DNA from: Candidatus Saccharimonadota bacterium
GTDB lineage: Bacteria; Patescibacteriota; Saccharimonadia; Saccharimonadales; Saccharimonadaceae
Assembly: GCA_049296095.1 (NCBI GenBank)
Contig: JBAQRV010000001.1
Coordinates: 360,001 to 392,000 of the forward strand
DNA: 32,000 bases
Reading direction: 5' to 3'
A program made the position numbers and the translations under genes. Each line of letters opens with the position of its first letter. The stretch's first letter is position 1. Below, piece after piece: positions 15,734 through 23,151 of this stretch. The notes beneath the pieces were generated by a model that saw only the letters and a list, made by a program, of their open reading frames with translations, was not told the origin of the DNA and made no database searches.

Positions 15734-18577
15734 TCAGGCCTTCGCTAGTTCGACTGACAGCTCTGTTCCTTCGATCTTGGCCATCGTTTTGTATGGCTCG
15801 GGGCCGACTTCTTTCCCAACCGACAGTACCTCGGCTGCAATCTCATCTTCGAACTCCGATAGTGTCTGGATGACATCTGGGTTATCGGTTGCGAGCAAGA
15901 GGTTGATCCGATCGTCCACGTTCAAACCGGCCGCTTTACGAGCAGCCTGGACGTGACGAATAACTTCGCGTGACAAACCTTCACGGTAGAGTTCTGGGGT
16001 GATTTCAAAGTCGAGTGCTAGCTCGTCGCCCATCTGGACTTCTTTGACGTTTAATTCTTCGGTTAGGACGTCTTCGAAGTTCACGAATTCACCAAGTGTG
16101 GGAACGGTGATACTCGCCAGTGGCTGACGAATCTTCACGCCGGCTTTCGCTCGCAGGCTGAGCGCCTGGTTGACGTAGTCACGGACTGTTTCCATATCCT
16201 TCACGACCAATTCATTCACATGCCCCACAGCTGGCCAATCGGTTAAGTGGACGCTTTCTTCGCCTGTCAGCTTTTGATAGAGCTCTTCGGCGAGAAAGGG
16301 CGTGAACGGTGCGATTACTTGTGACAAGCGTACCAAGACATAGTGTAGCGTCATGTAAGCATTGTTCTTGTCCTCATCGTCTTCACTCTTCCAGAAACGG
16401 CGGCGTGAGCGGCGGACGAACCAGTTAGAGGCGTCGTCGATGAATGGCAAGATTGGCTTGGTGGCGCTGACCAGGTCGTAGCCGTCCATGTGCGTGCCGA
16501 TTTCCTCAATGAGTTGGTGCAAGCGGCTAACGATCCATTGGTCGAGCGGGTTTTTGAGCTTGTCGGACGGATCGCAGATCTCACCGTCGAACTCCCAACC
16601 ATCAACTTCGGCATACATCGTAAAGAAGTCGTACATGTTCCAGATCATACTGAGCTTGCGGGCGACATCAGCGACTTCCCTGTCTTGGAGTGCAAAGTCT
16701 TCGCCAGAAAGCAGCGGGCTTGAAAGCAATAGAAATCGCAGGCTGTCAGCACTGTATTCATCCATCAAGACATTCGGATCGGTGTAGTTACCGTAGGACT
16801 TACTCATCTTGCGACCGTCGTTACCAGCCACGTTTCCGGTGACAATGACATTCTTGAATGAGTTTTCACCGAACAAAGCGACGCTCATGGCGTGCATGTA
16901 ATAGAACCAGGCGCGGACTTGGCCGATGTATTCGACAATGAAATCACCAGGGAAATTGGCTTCGAATTTTTCTTTGTTTTCAAACGGATAATGGAACTGC
17001 GCGAATGGCATACTGCCAGCCTCGAACCAACTGTCCATCACTTTATCAATGCGGGTGTATTCTTCGCCGTCGATCGTAAACTTAACGGCGTCGATCCATG
17101 GGCGATGATAATCCTCGAGCTCTACCCCACTGAGTTCTTTGAGCTCGGCGTAGCTGCCAACGACTTTTACCTTACCTGATTCAGTTTTCCAAACCGGCAT
17201 AGCCGTTGCCCAGAAACGGTCACGGGAGATATTCCAATCTGGTGCAGTCTCGACAGTTTTGGCAAAGCGACCATTTTTGACGTGTGGCGGGAACCAGTTG
17301 ATGTCGCCGTTTTGTTCCAGCATTTGCTCGCGCTGGCTGTCGATATCCATGAACCAGCTCGGGTGGGCGCGGTACATCAGGCGGGTGCCACAGCGGTGAC
17401 AGTGCGGGTATGGGTGACGGATATACTCAATTTTCCAAACAACGCCACGTTCGTGCAGCGTTTTGGCGATGGTCTTGTTGATCTCCCAAACGTTCTCACC
17501 TTTCCATTCGGTTTCGGTATATTCGCCGTTTTCGTCGAGAACATGCACGACAGGGATCTTTACCTCTTGGGCCAGCGCAAAGTCTTCCTCACCATAAGCC
17601 GGGGCGATATGAACGACACCAGTTCCCGATTCGGTAGTGACATATTCAGCCGCCCAGATCTTGTGGGCGTTTTCACCGCGGTCTCCAAAGAGTGGTTCGT
17701 ACTGTTTACCAAGCAGCTCTCTCCCATCGACGTGGCCGACGATCTCGTAGCTGAGAGGTTGGTGCTTTTCATCGGTGAAGACTTTCTCAACCAATTCTTT
17801 TGCGAGAATGAACTGCTCGTTTTCGTAATTAACCCTCACATAATCGATAGTTGGATTGATGGCAAGAGCGGTGTTAGCTGGAAGCGTCCACGGTGTGGTT
17901 GTCCAGGCGAGCATGAACGCGTCGTCATCAACAAGTTTGAATTTTGTATAGACGCTCGGGTCAGTTACCTCAGTATAAGATCCGGCGTCCATCGTCACCT
18001 CAGCCTTGGAAAGCGGTGTCGCATCGAGCGTACAGTACATAAGCACCTTTTCGCCTTCATAGATCTTGCCCTTTTCGTAGAGCGTTTTAAAGGCCCACCA
18101 AATACTCTCCATGTAGTCTTTGTCCATGGTTTTATAGGCGCCCTTAAAGTCTACCCAGCGGCCGATACGATCAATTGTATCTTCCCAGGCACTGCTGGTT
18201 TCCAGCATATTGGCCCGAGTGGCCTTAATATATTTCTCGATGCCATATTCAATGACTTCCTGACGAGAGTTGATGCCAAGTTTCTTTTCGGTGTAGCGTT
18301 CAGCCGGCAAACCGTGCGCGTCCCACCCCCAAACACGCTCAACCCGCTTGCCCTTCATGGTTTGGTAGCGAGGCACGGCGTCTTTGACAATCGAGCTCAG
18401 GAGCGTTCCGTGGTGAGGCACACCAGAAATAAACGGAGGGCCGTCATAAAAGACGTATGAATTCTCTTTCGAGCGCATGTCGATCGACTTCTCGAAGGTT
18501 TTGTTCTCTTTCCAATACTGGACGAGGGCTTTTTCGTATTCGAGGGCGCGGCGACGGGTGTTTGATTTAAATTTCAT
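15734..18577 (-). CDS. ileS: Isoleucyl-tRNA synthetase, type 2 (eukaryote/archaeal-like clade)
   Basis: 947 aa. Class I motifs FYDGPPFISGVPHHGT (HIGH) and GRKMSKSYGNY (KMSKS). The N-terminus YEKALVQYWKENKTFEKSI is typical of type-2 IleRS. GGAGGAG lies 6 nt upstream of the ATG, inside the preceding GNAT gene. Confidence 0.93.
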   Translation of the reverse strand: MKFKSNTRRRALEYEKALVQYWKENKTFEKSIDMRSKENSYVFYDGPPFISGVPHHGTLLSSIVKDAVPRYQTMKGKRVERVWGWDAHGLPAERYTEKKLGINSRQEVIEYGIEKYIKATRANMLETSSAWEDTIDRIGRWVDFKGAYKTMDKDYMESIWWAFKTLYEKGKIYEGEKVLMYCTLDATPLSKAEVTMDAGSYTEVTDPSVYTKFKLVDDDAFMLAWTTTPWTLPANTALAINPTIDYVRVNYENEQFILAKELVEKVFTDEKHQPLSYEIVGHVDGRELLGKQYEPLFGDRGENAHKIWAAEYVTTESGTGVVHIAPAYGEEDFALAQEVKIPVVHVLDENGEYTETEWKGENVWEINKTIAKTLHERGVVWKIEYIRHPYPHCHRCGTRLMYRAHPSWFMDIDSQREQMLEQNGDINWFPPHVKNGRFAKTVETAPDWNISRDRFWATAMPVWKTESGKVKVVGSYAELKELSGVELEDYHRPWIDAVKFTIDGEEYTRIDKVMDSWFEAGSMPFAQFHYPFENKEKFEANFPGDFIVEYIGQVRAWFYYMHAMSVALFGENSFKNVIVTGNVAGNDGRKMSKSYGNYTDPNVLMDEYSADSLRFLLLSSPLLSGEDFALQDREVADVARKLSMIWNMYDFFTMYAEVDGWEFDGEICDPSDKLKNPLDQWIVSRLHQLIEEIGTHMDGYDLVSATKPILPFIDDASNWFVRRSRRRFWKSEDDEDKNNAYMTLHYVLVRLSQVIAPFTPFLAEELYQKLTGEESVHLTDWPAVGHVNELVVKDMETVRDYVNQALSLRAKAGVKIRQPLASITVPTLGEFVNFEDVLTEELNVKEVQMGDELALDFEITPELYREGLSREVIRHVQAARKAAGLNVDDRINLLLATDNPDVIQTLSEFEDEIAAEVLSVGKEVGPEPYKTMAKIEGTELSVELAKA

Positions 18578-19118
18578 GAGATTCTCCTCCTGGTCGAATC
18601 ATCTTTAATGATGGCATAACGTCTTTGTAAAAATGCTCCGACCCAGGCACAACTGCAAAACCATTTTTCTGATAAAAACGTTGCGCGCGTTCGTTATATG
18701 CAATAACTTCAAGAATAATAGGCTGACTCAAGTCAAGATGGGAAAAAGCCTGATCAACAAGGTCTTGCGCAAGACCAGTTCCTCTATAGCGCTTGTCGAT
18801 ATAGAGAGCCTCGAGACGTTGATGTCCATCAATATTTGTTGTGTTAACCATACCGACACACTCGTCTTTTACTTTTGCAACATAGAGAAATTGATTTTTG
18901 TTCTCGAGAATTGCCGCGACTCTTTCACGAGAGAGTTCAAGTGCATCGGGAGTAAGCCAGCTTTCAGTTGTCTCTTTGACCCATGCCTCAGAAACCCCAG
19001 CCGCTTCATTTGGATATGTATCATTCCAAGCAGCCGCCTGCATACGACGATAACTTTCGACATCCTCGGGTGTGGGGATAATTATCTCTGGTTTTGGCAT
19101 AGATTCAAATTCCGACAT
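18567..19118 (-). CDS. GNAT-family N-acetyltransferase, translationally coupled to ileS
   Basis: Acetyl-CoA motif A (IDKRYRGTGLAQDLVDQAF) and motif B (ERAQRFYQKNGF). I prefer the ATG at 19118 (AAAGGAAGtatATG) over the TTG at 19166, which lies inside the T-box helix. The stop overlaps the ileS start by 11 nt. Confidence 0.85.
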   Translation of the reverse strand: MSEFESMPKPEIIIPTPEDVESYRRMQAAAWNDTYPNEAAGVSEAWVKETTESWLTPDALELSRERVAAILENKNQFLYVAKVKDECVGMVNTTNIDGHQRLEALYIDKRYRGTGLAQDLVDQAFSHLDLSQPIILEVIAYNERAQRFYQKNGFAVVPGSEHFYKDVMPSLKMIRPGGESHEI

Positions 19119-19390
19119 ATACTTCCTTTTAAATAATAAAAATCCTTCATCCATCGGAACCCGCAAGGGGTGGTACCATCCGATTTCTGAAAGATTTAAT
19201 CTTCAGCACTTAGTTGTTCACTTTGTCGCAGCGAATCGCGTTCGGGTCTACTTTCTTTACAGATTTCTTCCGAAGACTTCGTGGGTGATAGCCACTCAAA
19301 TGTCTTACCTGTTATTTTACTCGTAAACTGATCTTTACGCAAACACTTCCTTTACCAAGCATGAGTAGTATCTCATTCGAGAATTTTTTT
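19119..19390 (-). promoter_or_regulatory. T-box riboswitch leader (probably tRNA-Ile responsive) upstream of GNAT-ileS
   Basis: Minus strand 19184->19153 reads AUCGGA-UGGUACC-ACCC-CUUGC-GGGU-UCCGAU. This gives helix A1, the canonical 7-nt T-box bulge, helix A2 and a loop. A Stem III-like hairpin at 19206->19187 lies directly 5' of it. The leader is about 270 nt. Stem I and the specifier are not confidently assigned. Confidence 0.7.
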
Positions 19391-19398
19391 GTTATTAT
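19390..19398 (+). promoter_or_regulatory. Extended -10 promoter (TGtTATTAT) 6 nt upstream of the ATG at 19405 (leaderless geometry)
   Basis: tttTGtTATTATgagctgATG. On the opposite strand the same AT-rich block reads CATAAT (19395-19400), a candidate -10 for the T-box leader. Confidence 0.5.
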
Positions 19399-19404
19399 GA
19401 GCTG

Positions 19405-19986
19405 ATGAAGGAAATATTCGGGATTGCCGCTCTCACACTGTCTATAGGTGCAAATATTCCTTATATTATTGAAATTATTAAGGGGCAGGTAAAACCAGAA
19501 CGCATTTCTTGGTTTCTTTGGACCTTACTTGGCCTCACCTACTACTTTTCTGCATTATTTTCGGATGGGGCAACACTGTTTACTTTCGGAGAACTGATTG
19601 GGCCAGTTATTATTTTGATCCTGGCTTTGAAATTTGGCGTCGGCGGTCGCAGTCGTTTCGACTTGATCTCACTAACTGTAGCACTTGTCGCCTTTGTCCT
19701 GCTCTTTGTTGTCGAGGGTGTGCTTATTGGGCTATTGCTCGCATTGATCATCGATGGCATCGGAGCAATGCTCACGATTCGAAAACTGCTAATCGATCCT
19801 TCTTCAGAATCGAAATGGTTTTGGGGTATCGGAGCTGTTTCCGGAGTTCTCGCTGTCATCTCGCTTGAAACCTACAACGTCGAAACTTTACTATTTCCGC
19901 TATATGTCGTTATCCTATCAACCTTCATATTTATAAAAGCGAAACCTATGAAAACTAAGAGTCCCTCCAAAATCAGGAGGTTATAA
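19405..19986 (+). CDS. Polytopic membrane protein (193 aa), unknown function
   Basis: About 6 hydrophobic segments and a basic C-terminus. No recognised motif. Confidence 0.6.
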   Translation: MKEIFGIAALTLSIGANIPYIIEIIKGQVKPERISWFLWTLLGLTYYFSALFSDGATLFTFGELIGPVIILILALKFGVGGRSRFDLISLTVALVAFVLLFVVEGVLIGLLLALIIDGIGAMLTIRKLLIDPSSESKWFWGIGAVSGVLAVISLETYNVETLLFPLYVVILSTFIFIKAKPMKTKSPSKIRRL

Positions 19987-20081
19987 ACTTCGAATCAAAT
20001 TTGTCAGATAACCCCGATATTGACGATTTGATTCTCATTTGTTATTCTGAAAGTACAAATTGCCACTAGGCACCCGAGATT

Positions 20082-20099
20082 CCTCCGCTTCAGCGGAGG
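20082..20099. other. Perfect GC-rich hairpin (CCTCCGC-TTCA-GCGGAGG) overlapping the stop codon of the MazF-like gene; possible terminator for the convergent pair
   Basis: A 7-bp perfect stem with a 4-nt loop. On the plus strand it is followed by TTTCGACTTTC. The minus-strand downstream sequence is not U-rich. Confidence 0.4.
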
Positions 20100-20503
20100 T
20101 TTCGACTTTCTGGGATTAAGAGTTCCGTGATTTTCGTTTGAATCGCATCAAACTTTTTCTTGCCTATACGTTCTAGTCTTCGCTGTAATCGGCGAGACGA
20201 AAGAATACGTAGTTGAGATAATATAATACTCCCAGCCAGACCTCCAACTTCCACAGGATAGTAATACTGACTATTTTTCCGTGTTGTCGTTAAGGGCAGA
20301 CCGATAAAAATTTCTTTATTGAATTTTCTAAAAACGAGTACAGGTCTTTCAAATAGATGATTCTTGCCATCTTCCTCATACCCAACATTCTCGCCTAAAC
20401 TACACCACCATATTTCACGTTCATGGTAATTCTGCAAAGGAGGTTGACGATTAATTTGCGTCTTTACTGCATGCCATATTTTATAATCCTTCTGTATACT
20501 CAC
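20090..20503 (-). CDS. PemK/MazF-like toxin-fold protein, solitary (no adjacent antitoxin ORF)
   Basis: 137 aa. EREIWWCSLGENVGYEEDGKNHLFERPVLVFRKFNKEIFIGLPLTT matches, from memory, the conserved core of the stand-alone MazF/PemK-like family. GTG start with GGAAGAG 7 nt upstream. Confidence 0.6.
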   Translation of the reverse strand: MSIQKDYKIWHAVKTQINRQPPLQNYHEREIWWCSLGENVGYEEDGKNHLFERPVLVFRKFNKEIFIGLPLTTTRKNSQYYYPVEVGGLAGSIILSQLRILSSRRLQRRLERIGKKKFDAIQTKITELLIPESRNLR

Positions 20504-20561
20504 GATCTAGCTCTTCCGATTAGATCATCATAGTACTTTTATGTGGATTAATTTTTAACTA

Positions 20562-21176
20562 TTATGCAAACAGATCAGCACCGAACTTCATAAACACTAG
20601 CACGAACATAAGTGCTAGCCAGCCGAGCACGATCATCTGGTGGTAGCCTGCGGCGAGGAATCGTTGGATGCGTTCGTTATGTTTCTTTGCAAACTTGAAG
20701 GTGTTTACCTTTAGGTTGTAGTGCAGCATGCTCGAGAAGATGATGGTGGTTGAGGCAGTCACGATTAGGCACCACGGACAAAGTACCTCGATGACATAGA
20801 CACTGCTAAAGAACAGCCAGTATGAAAAGATCATGCCGAGGAGGAAGCCGATGTTGGCGAGGATCAACCACCAACGTGGGAATTTCACCCCTGCGAGGCC
20901 CGCTAGGGCGACAGTAACGACAACCGCGAAGGCCATCAGTCCAATCACCATGTTTGGAAAGCCAAACACAGACGCTTGCCAGGTTTGCATCACCTGGGCA
21001 CAGTTTAAGACAAGGTTGAAACTACAAGACAATACCGCGTCGGGATTCTTGAATAAATGAAATTCTTCGAGTGTCAGGGTAAATGAGGCAGCCAGAGCAG
21101 CGATGCCACCGAGAAGCATGATCGCAAACACGCCATTTGGAGATTTCTTAAAAAATTGTACGACTTTATTTAACAT
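20562..21176 (-). CDS. Vitamin K epoxide reductase (VKOR) family membrane oxidoreductase
   Basis: A loop cysteine pair (LSCSFNLVLNCAQV) and the in-membrane CXXC (VLCPWCLIV), with 4-5 TM. The start overlaps the preceding Trx-like ORF by 11 nt. Confidence 0.85.
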   Translation of the reverse strand: MLNKVVQFFKKSPNGVFAIMLLGGIAALAASFTLTLEEFHLFKNPDAVLSCSFNLVLNCAQVMQTWQASVFGFPNMVIGLMAFAVVVTVALAGLAGVKFPRWWLILANIGFLLGMIFSYWLFFSSVYVIEVLCPWCLIVTASTTIIFSSMLHYNLKVNTFKFAKKHNERIQRFLAAGYHQMIVLGWLALMFVLVFMKFGADLFA

Positions 21177-21426
21177 AGTAGCTCACCTCGCTAATCGTTG
21201 GTAATGGTGTTCCCTGCCAGATATTCTGTAGTTGACCTTCATCTGAAATCGCTATTAGCGACGGAAATCTCAAGATATCGTATGTGCGACAAAAGTCGAC
21301 CCCTTCAGGTGATTCTGGGTCTAGTATAGCAAGGTCGTGACCAGTTTGTCGTTTAAAATCTCGTAAATAATCAGTCACTTCACGAGTGTAGTCGGTGTTA
21401 TCTTTATAAATCACCACTACCTTCAT
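21166..21426 (-). CDS. Thioredoxin/NrdH-glutaredoxin-fold protein lacking the CXXC active site
   Basis: 86 aa. MKVVVIYKDNTDYTREV aligns to the beta1-CXXC-alpha1 region of NrdH/Grx with TDYT in place of CXXC. The cis-Pro loop (RFPSLIAIS) is retained. The single Cys lies elsewhere. Confidence 0.6.
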   Translation of the reverse strand: MKVVVIYKDNTDYTREVTDYLRDFKRQTGHDLAILDPESPEGVDFCRTYDILRFPSLIAISDEGQLQNIWQGTPLPTISEVSYYVK

Positions 21427-21428
21427 CG

Positions 21429-21884
21429 TTATTCAGCCTTCTTGGGAAGTTTGCGCTGTTCGAGGATGCGCACAAAGTCGTCGAGTGATTTGAATTCTTG
21501 GTAGACGCTTGCGAAGCGCACGTAGGCAACTTCGTTTCGCTTGGCGAGTTCGTCGAGGACGATGTCGCCGATCTGTTTGGACGTGACTTCATTCTCACCA
21601 ATCAAGTAGACAGCGTCTTCGATCTCATCGATCATCTCTTCGACTTCTACTTCTGAACTAAAGAATTTCCCAACTGATCGCTTGATAGCTGTTGCTAACT
21701 TGTCACGGTCGTAGAGCTCGCGTGAGCCGTTCTTTTTAATCACCGCGAGGTTTGGTTTTTCGATACGTTCGTAGGTTGTAAACCGCTTGCCGTCCGGTGT
21801 CTCGCGGCGACGGCGAATTGTGACACCATCACTGACTTCGCGTGATTCAACGACTCGGCTATCGCCAATATTAATCTTGGTCAT
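21429..21884 (-). CDS. nrdR: NrdR-family transcriptional repressor (ATP-cone), with all zinc-ribbon cysteines missing
   Basis: 151 aa. DSRVVESREVSDGVTIRRRRETPDGKRFTTYE aligns to the NrdR DTKVIDSR...RRRRxCxxCxxRFTTxE region. The ATP-cone (KKNGSRELYDRDKL...VAYVRFASVYQEFKSLDDF) is intact. The protein contains no Cys at all. Confidence 0.85.
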   Translation of the reverse strand: MTKINIGDSRVVESREVSDGVTIRRRRETPDGKRFTTYERIEKPNLAVIKKNGSRELYDRDKLATAIKRSVGKFFSSEVEVEEMIDEIEDAVYLIGENEVTSKQIGDIVLDELAKRNEVAYVRFASVYQEFKSLDDFVRILEQRKLPKKAE

Positions 21885-21891
21885 GAGCTAT

Positions 21892-23079
21892 TTACTCCTC
21901 AGATTTTTTATTTCGCTTTTTTCGGCGGCGCAGGAACGCAGGCGTATCTGACTCATCTTCCTTTTCAACAGATTGGTTCCACATGTTTTCGCTGTTTTCT
22001 TCGTTAAAAATCTCAGCCGCTTCGGTGTGGTCTAGGTTCATATCAACATCATTAACGACGTCTTCTGTGACTTGGTGACGTGGTTCATCTGCTGGCTCTT
22101 CGTTGTCGGTTTCTTGGAAATAGGCCGAGTCAAAGCCGGTTGCGATCACGGTGATAATCAATTCATCCTCGAGTTCAGGCTTTAGGGTCGCACCAAAGAT
22201 GATGTTGGCATCTGGAGAAACGGCACTGGTGATGATCTCGGCTGCTTCCTGGATCTCGCTCATACTCATGTCATAGCCACCGGTCACGTTAAAGAGAACG
22301 CCCTTAGCACCATCGATTGATACCTCAATAAGTGGTGATTCAATCGCCTGTTGTGCAGCTTGAGCGGCACGATTGTCGCCGCTAGCACGGCCGATACCCA
22401 TGAGGGCTGAGCCGGCATTGCTCATAATCGCCTTAACGTCGGCAAAGTCGAGGTTGATCAGTCCGTGTTCGGTGATCAGCTCAGAGATACCTTGGACACC
22501 CTGACGGAGGACGTCATCGGCGATTTTAAATGTCTCAAGCAGTGGGGTGCGACGATCGATTGTCTGTAAGAGTCGGTCGTTAGGAATCGTAATCAAGGTA
22601 TCAACGTGACGACGGAGTTGGCTGATCGCCCATTCGGCGTTAGTACGGCGCTTTTCACCTTCAAAACTGAATGGTTTAGTTGCAACACCAACCACCAGAA
22701 TGCCTAGTTCGCGGGCAACTTCCGCCACGACATAGCCAGCACCTGAACCTGTTCCACCACCGGCACCGATAGTCACAAAGACCATATCAGCACCAGTGAG
22801 GGCCTCTTTAATCTCATCGCGTGATTCATTAGCAGCAGCCTCACCAACCGAAGGGTCGGCACCCGCGCCGAGTCCACCAGTAGTGGAATGACCCAAATGG
22901 AGCTTGATGTCTGCCTTGCTGTTATGAAGCGCCTGAGCGTCTGTATTCATGGCAATGAACTGAACACCACTCAAACCGGCCTCTTTCATCCGATTGACGG
23001 CTGACCCACCAGCACCACCAACACCAACTACTTTGATGCTTGCAAAAGTCTGTATATCACTTGGTTTCACTTCAGGCAT
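21892..23079 (-). CDS. ftsZ: Cell division GTPase FtsZ
   Basis: [31 protein letters not shown] (tubulin signature), NDRLL, and an acidic/basic C-terminal tail. Confidence 0.96.
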   Translation of the reverse strand: MPEVKPSDIQTFASIKVVGVGGAGGSAVNRMKEAGLSGVQFIAMNTDAQALHNSKADIKLHLGHSTTGGLGAGADPSVGEAAANESRDEIKEALTGADMVFVTIGAGGGTGSGAGYVVAEVARELGILVVGVATKPFSFEGEKRRTNAEWAISQLRRHVDTLITIPNDRLLQTIDRRTPLLETFKIADDVLRQGVQGISELITEHGLINLDFADVKAIMSNAGSALMGIGRASGDNRAAQAAQQAIESPLIEVSIDGAKGVLFNVTGGYDMSMSEIQEAAEIITSAVSPDANIIFGATLKPELEDELIITVIATGFDSAYFQETDNEEPADEPRHQVTEDVVNDVDMNLDHTEAAEIFNEENSENMWNQSVEKEDESDTPAFLRRRKKRNKKSEE

Positions 23080-23151
23080 GTCGCTATGTATCTCCCCAGA
23101 TATGCTTGTTCTTCAGTCACTAGTATATCATTTGTGCGAGAAAGAAAAACC

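Noticed and set aside
17282-18460. A 392-aa plus-strand ORF, plus several shorter ORFs, lying antisense to ileS.
   Set aside because: It sits entirely inside the well-supported ileS reading frame on the opposite strand. Its composition is low-complexity and Arg/Val/Phe-rich, as is typical of antisense frames. It has no start context or recognisable motifs.
19153-19184. A plus-strand reading of GGGGTGGTACCATCCG as a T-box that would regulate the downstream plus-strand membrane gene.
   Set aside because: On the plus strand the 7-nt bulge would fall on the 3' side of the helices, which is the wrong architecture. The leader would also have to start inside the GNAT coding region. The minus-strand orientation gives the canonical 5'-bulge UGGUACC directly upstream of GNAT-ileS.
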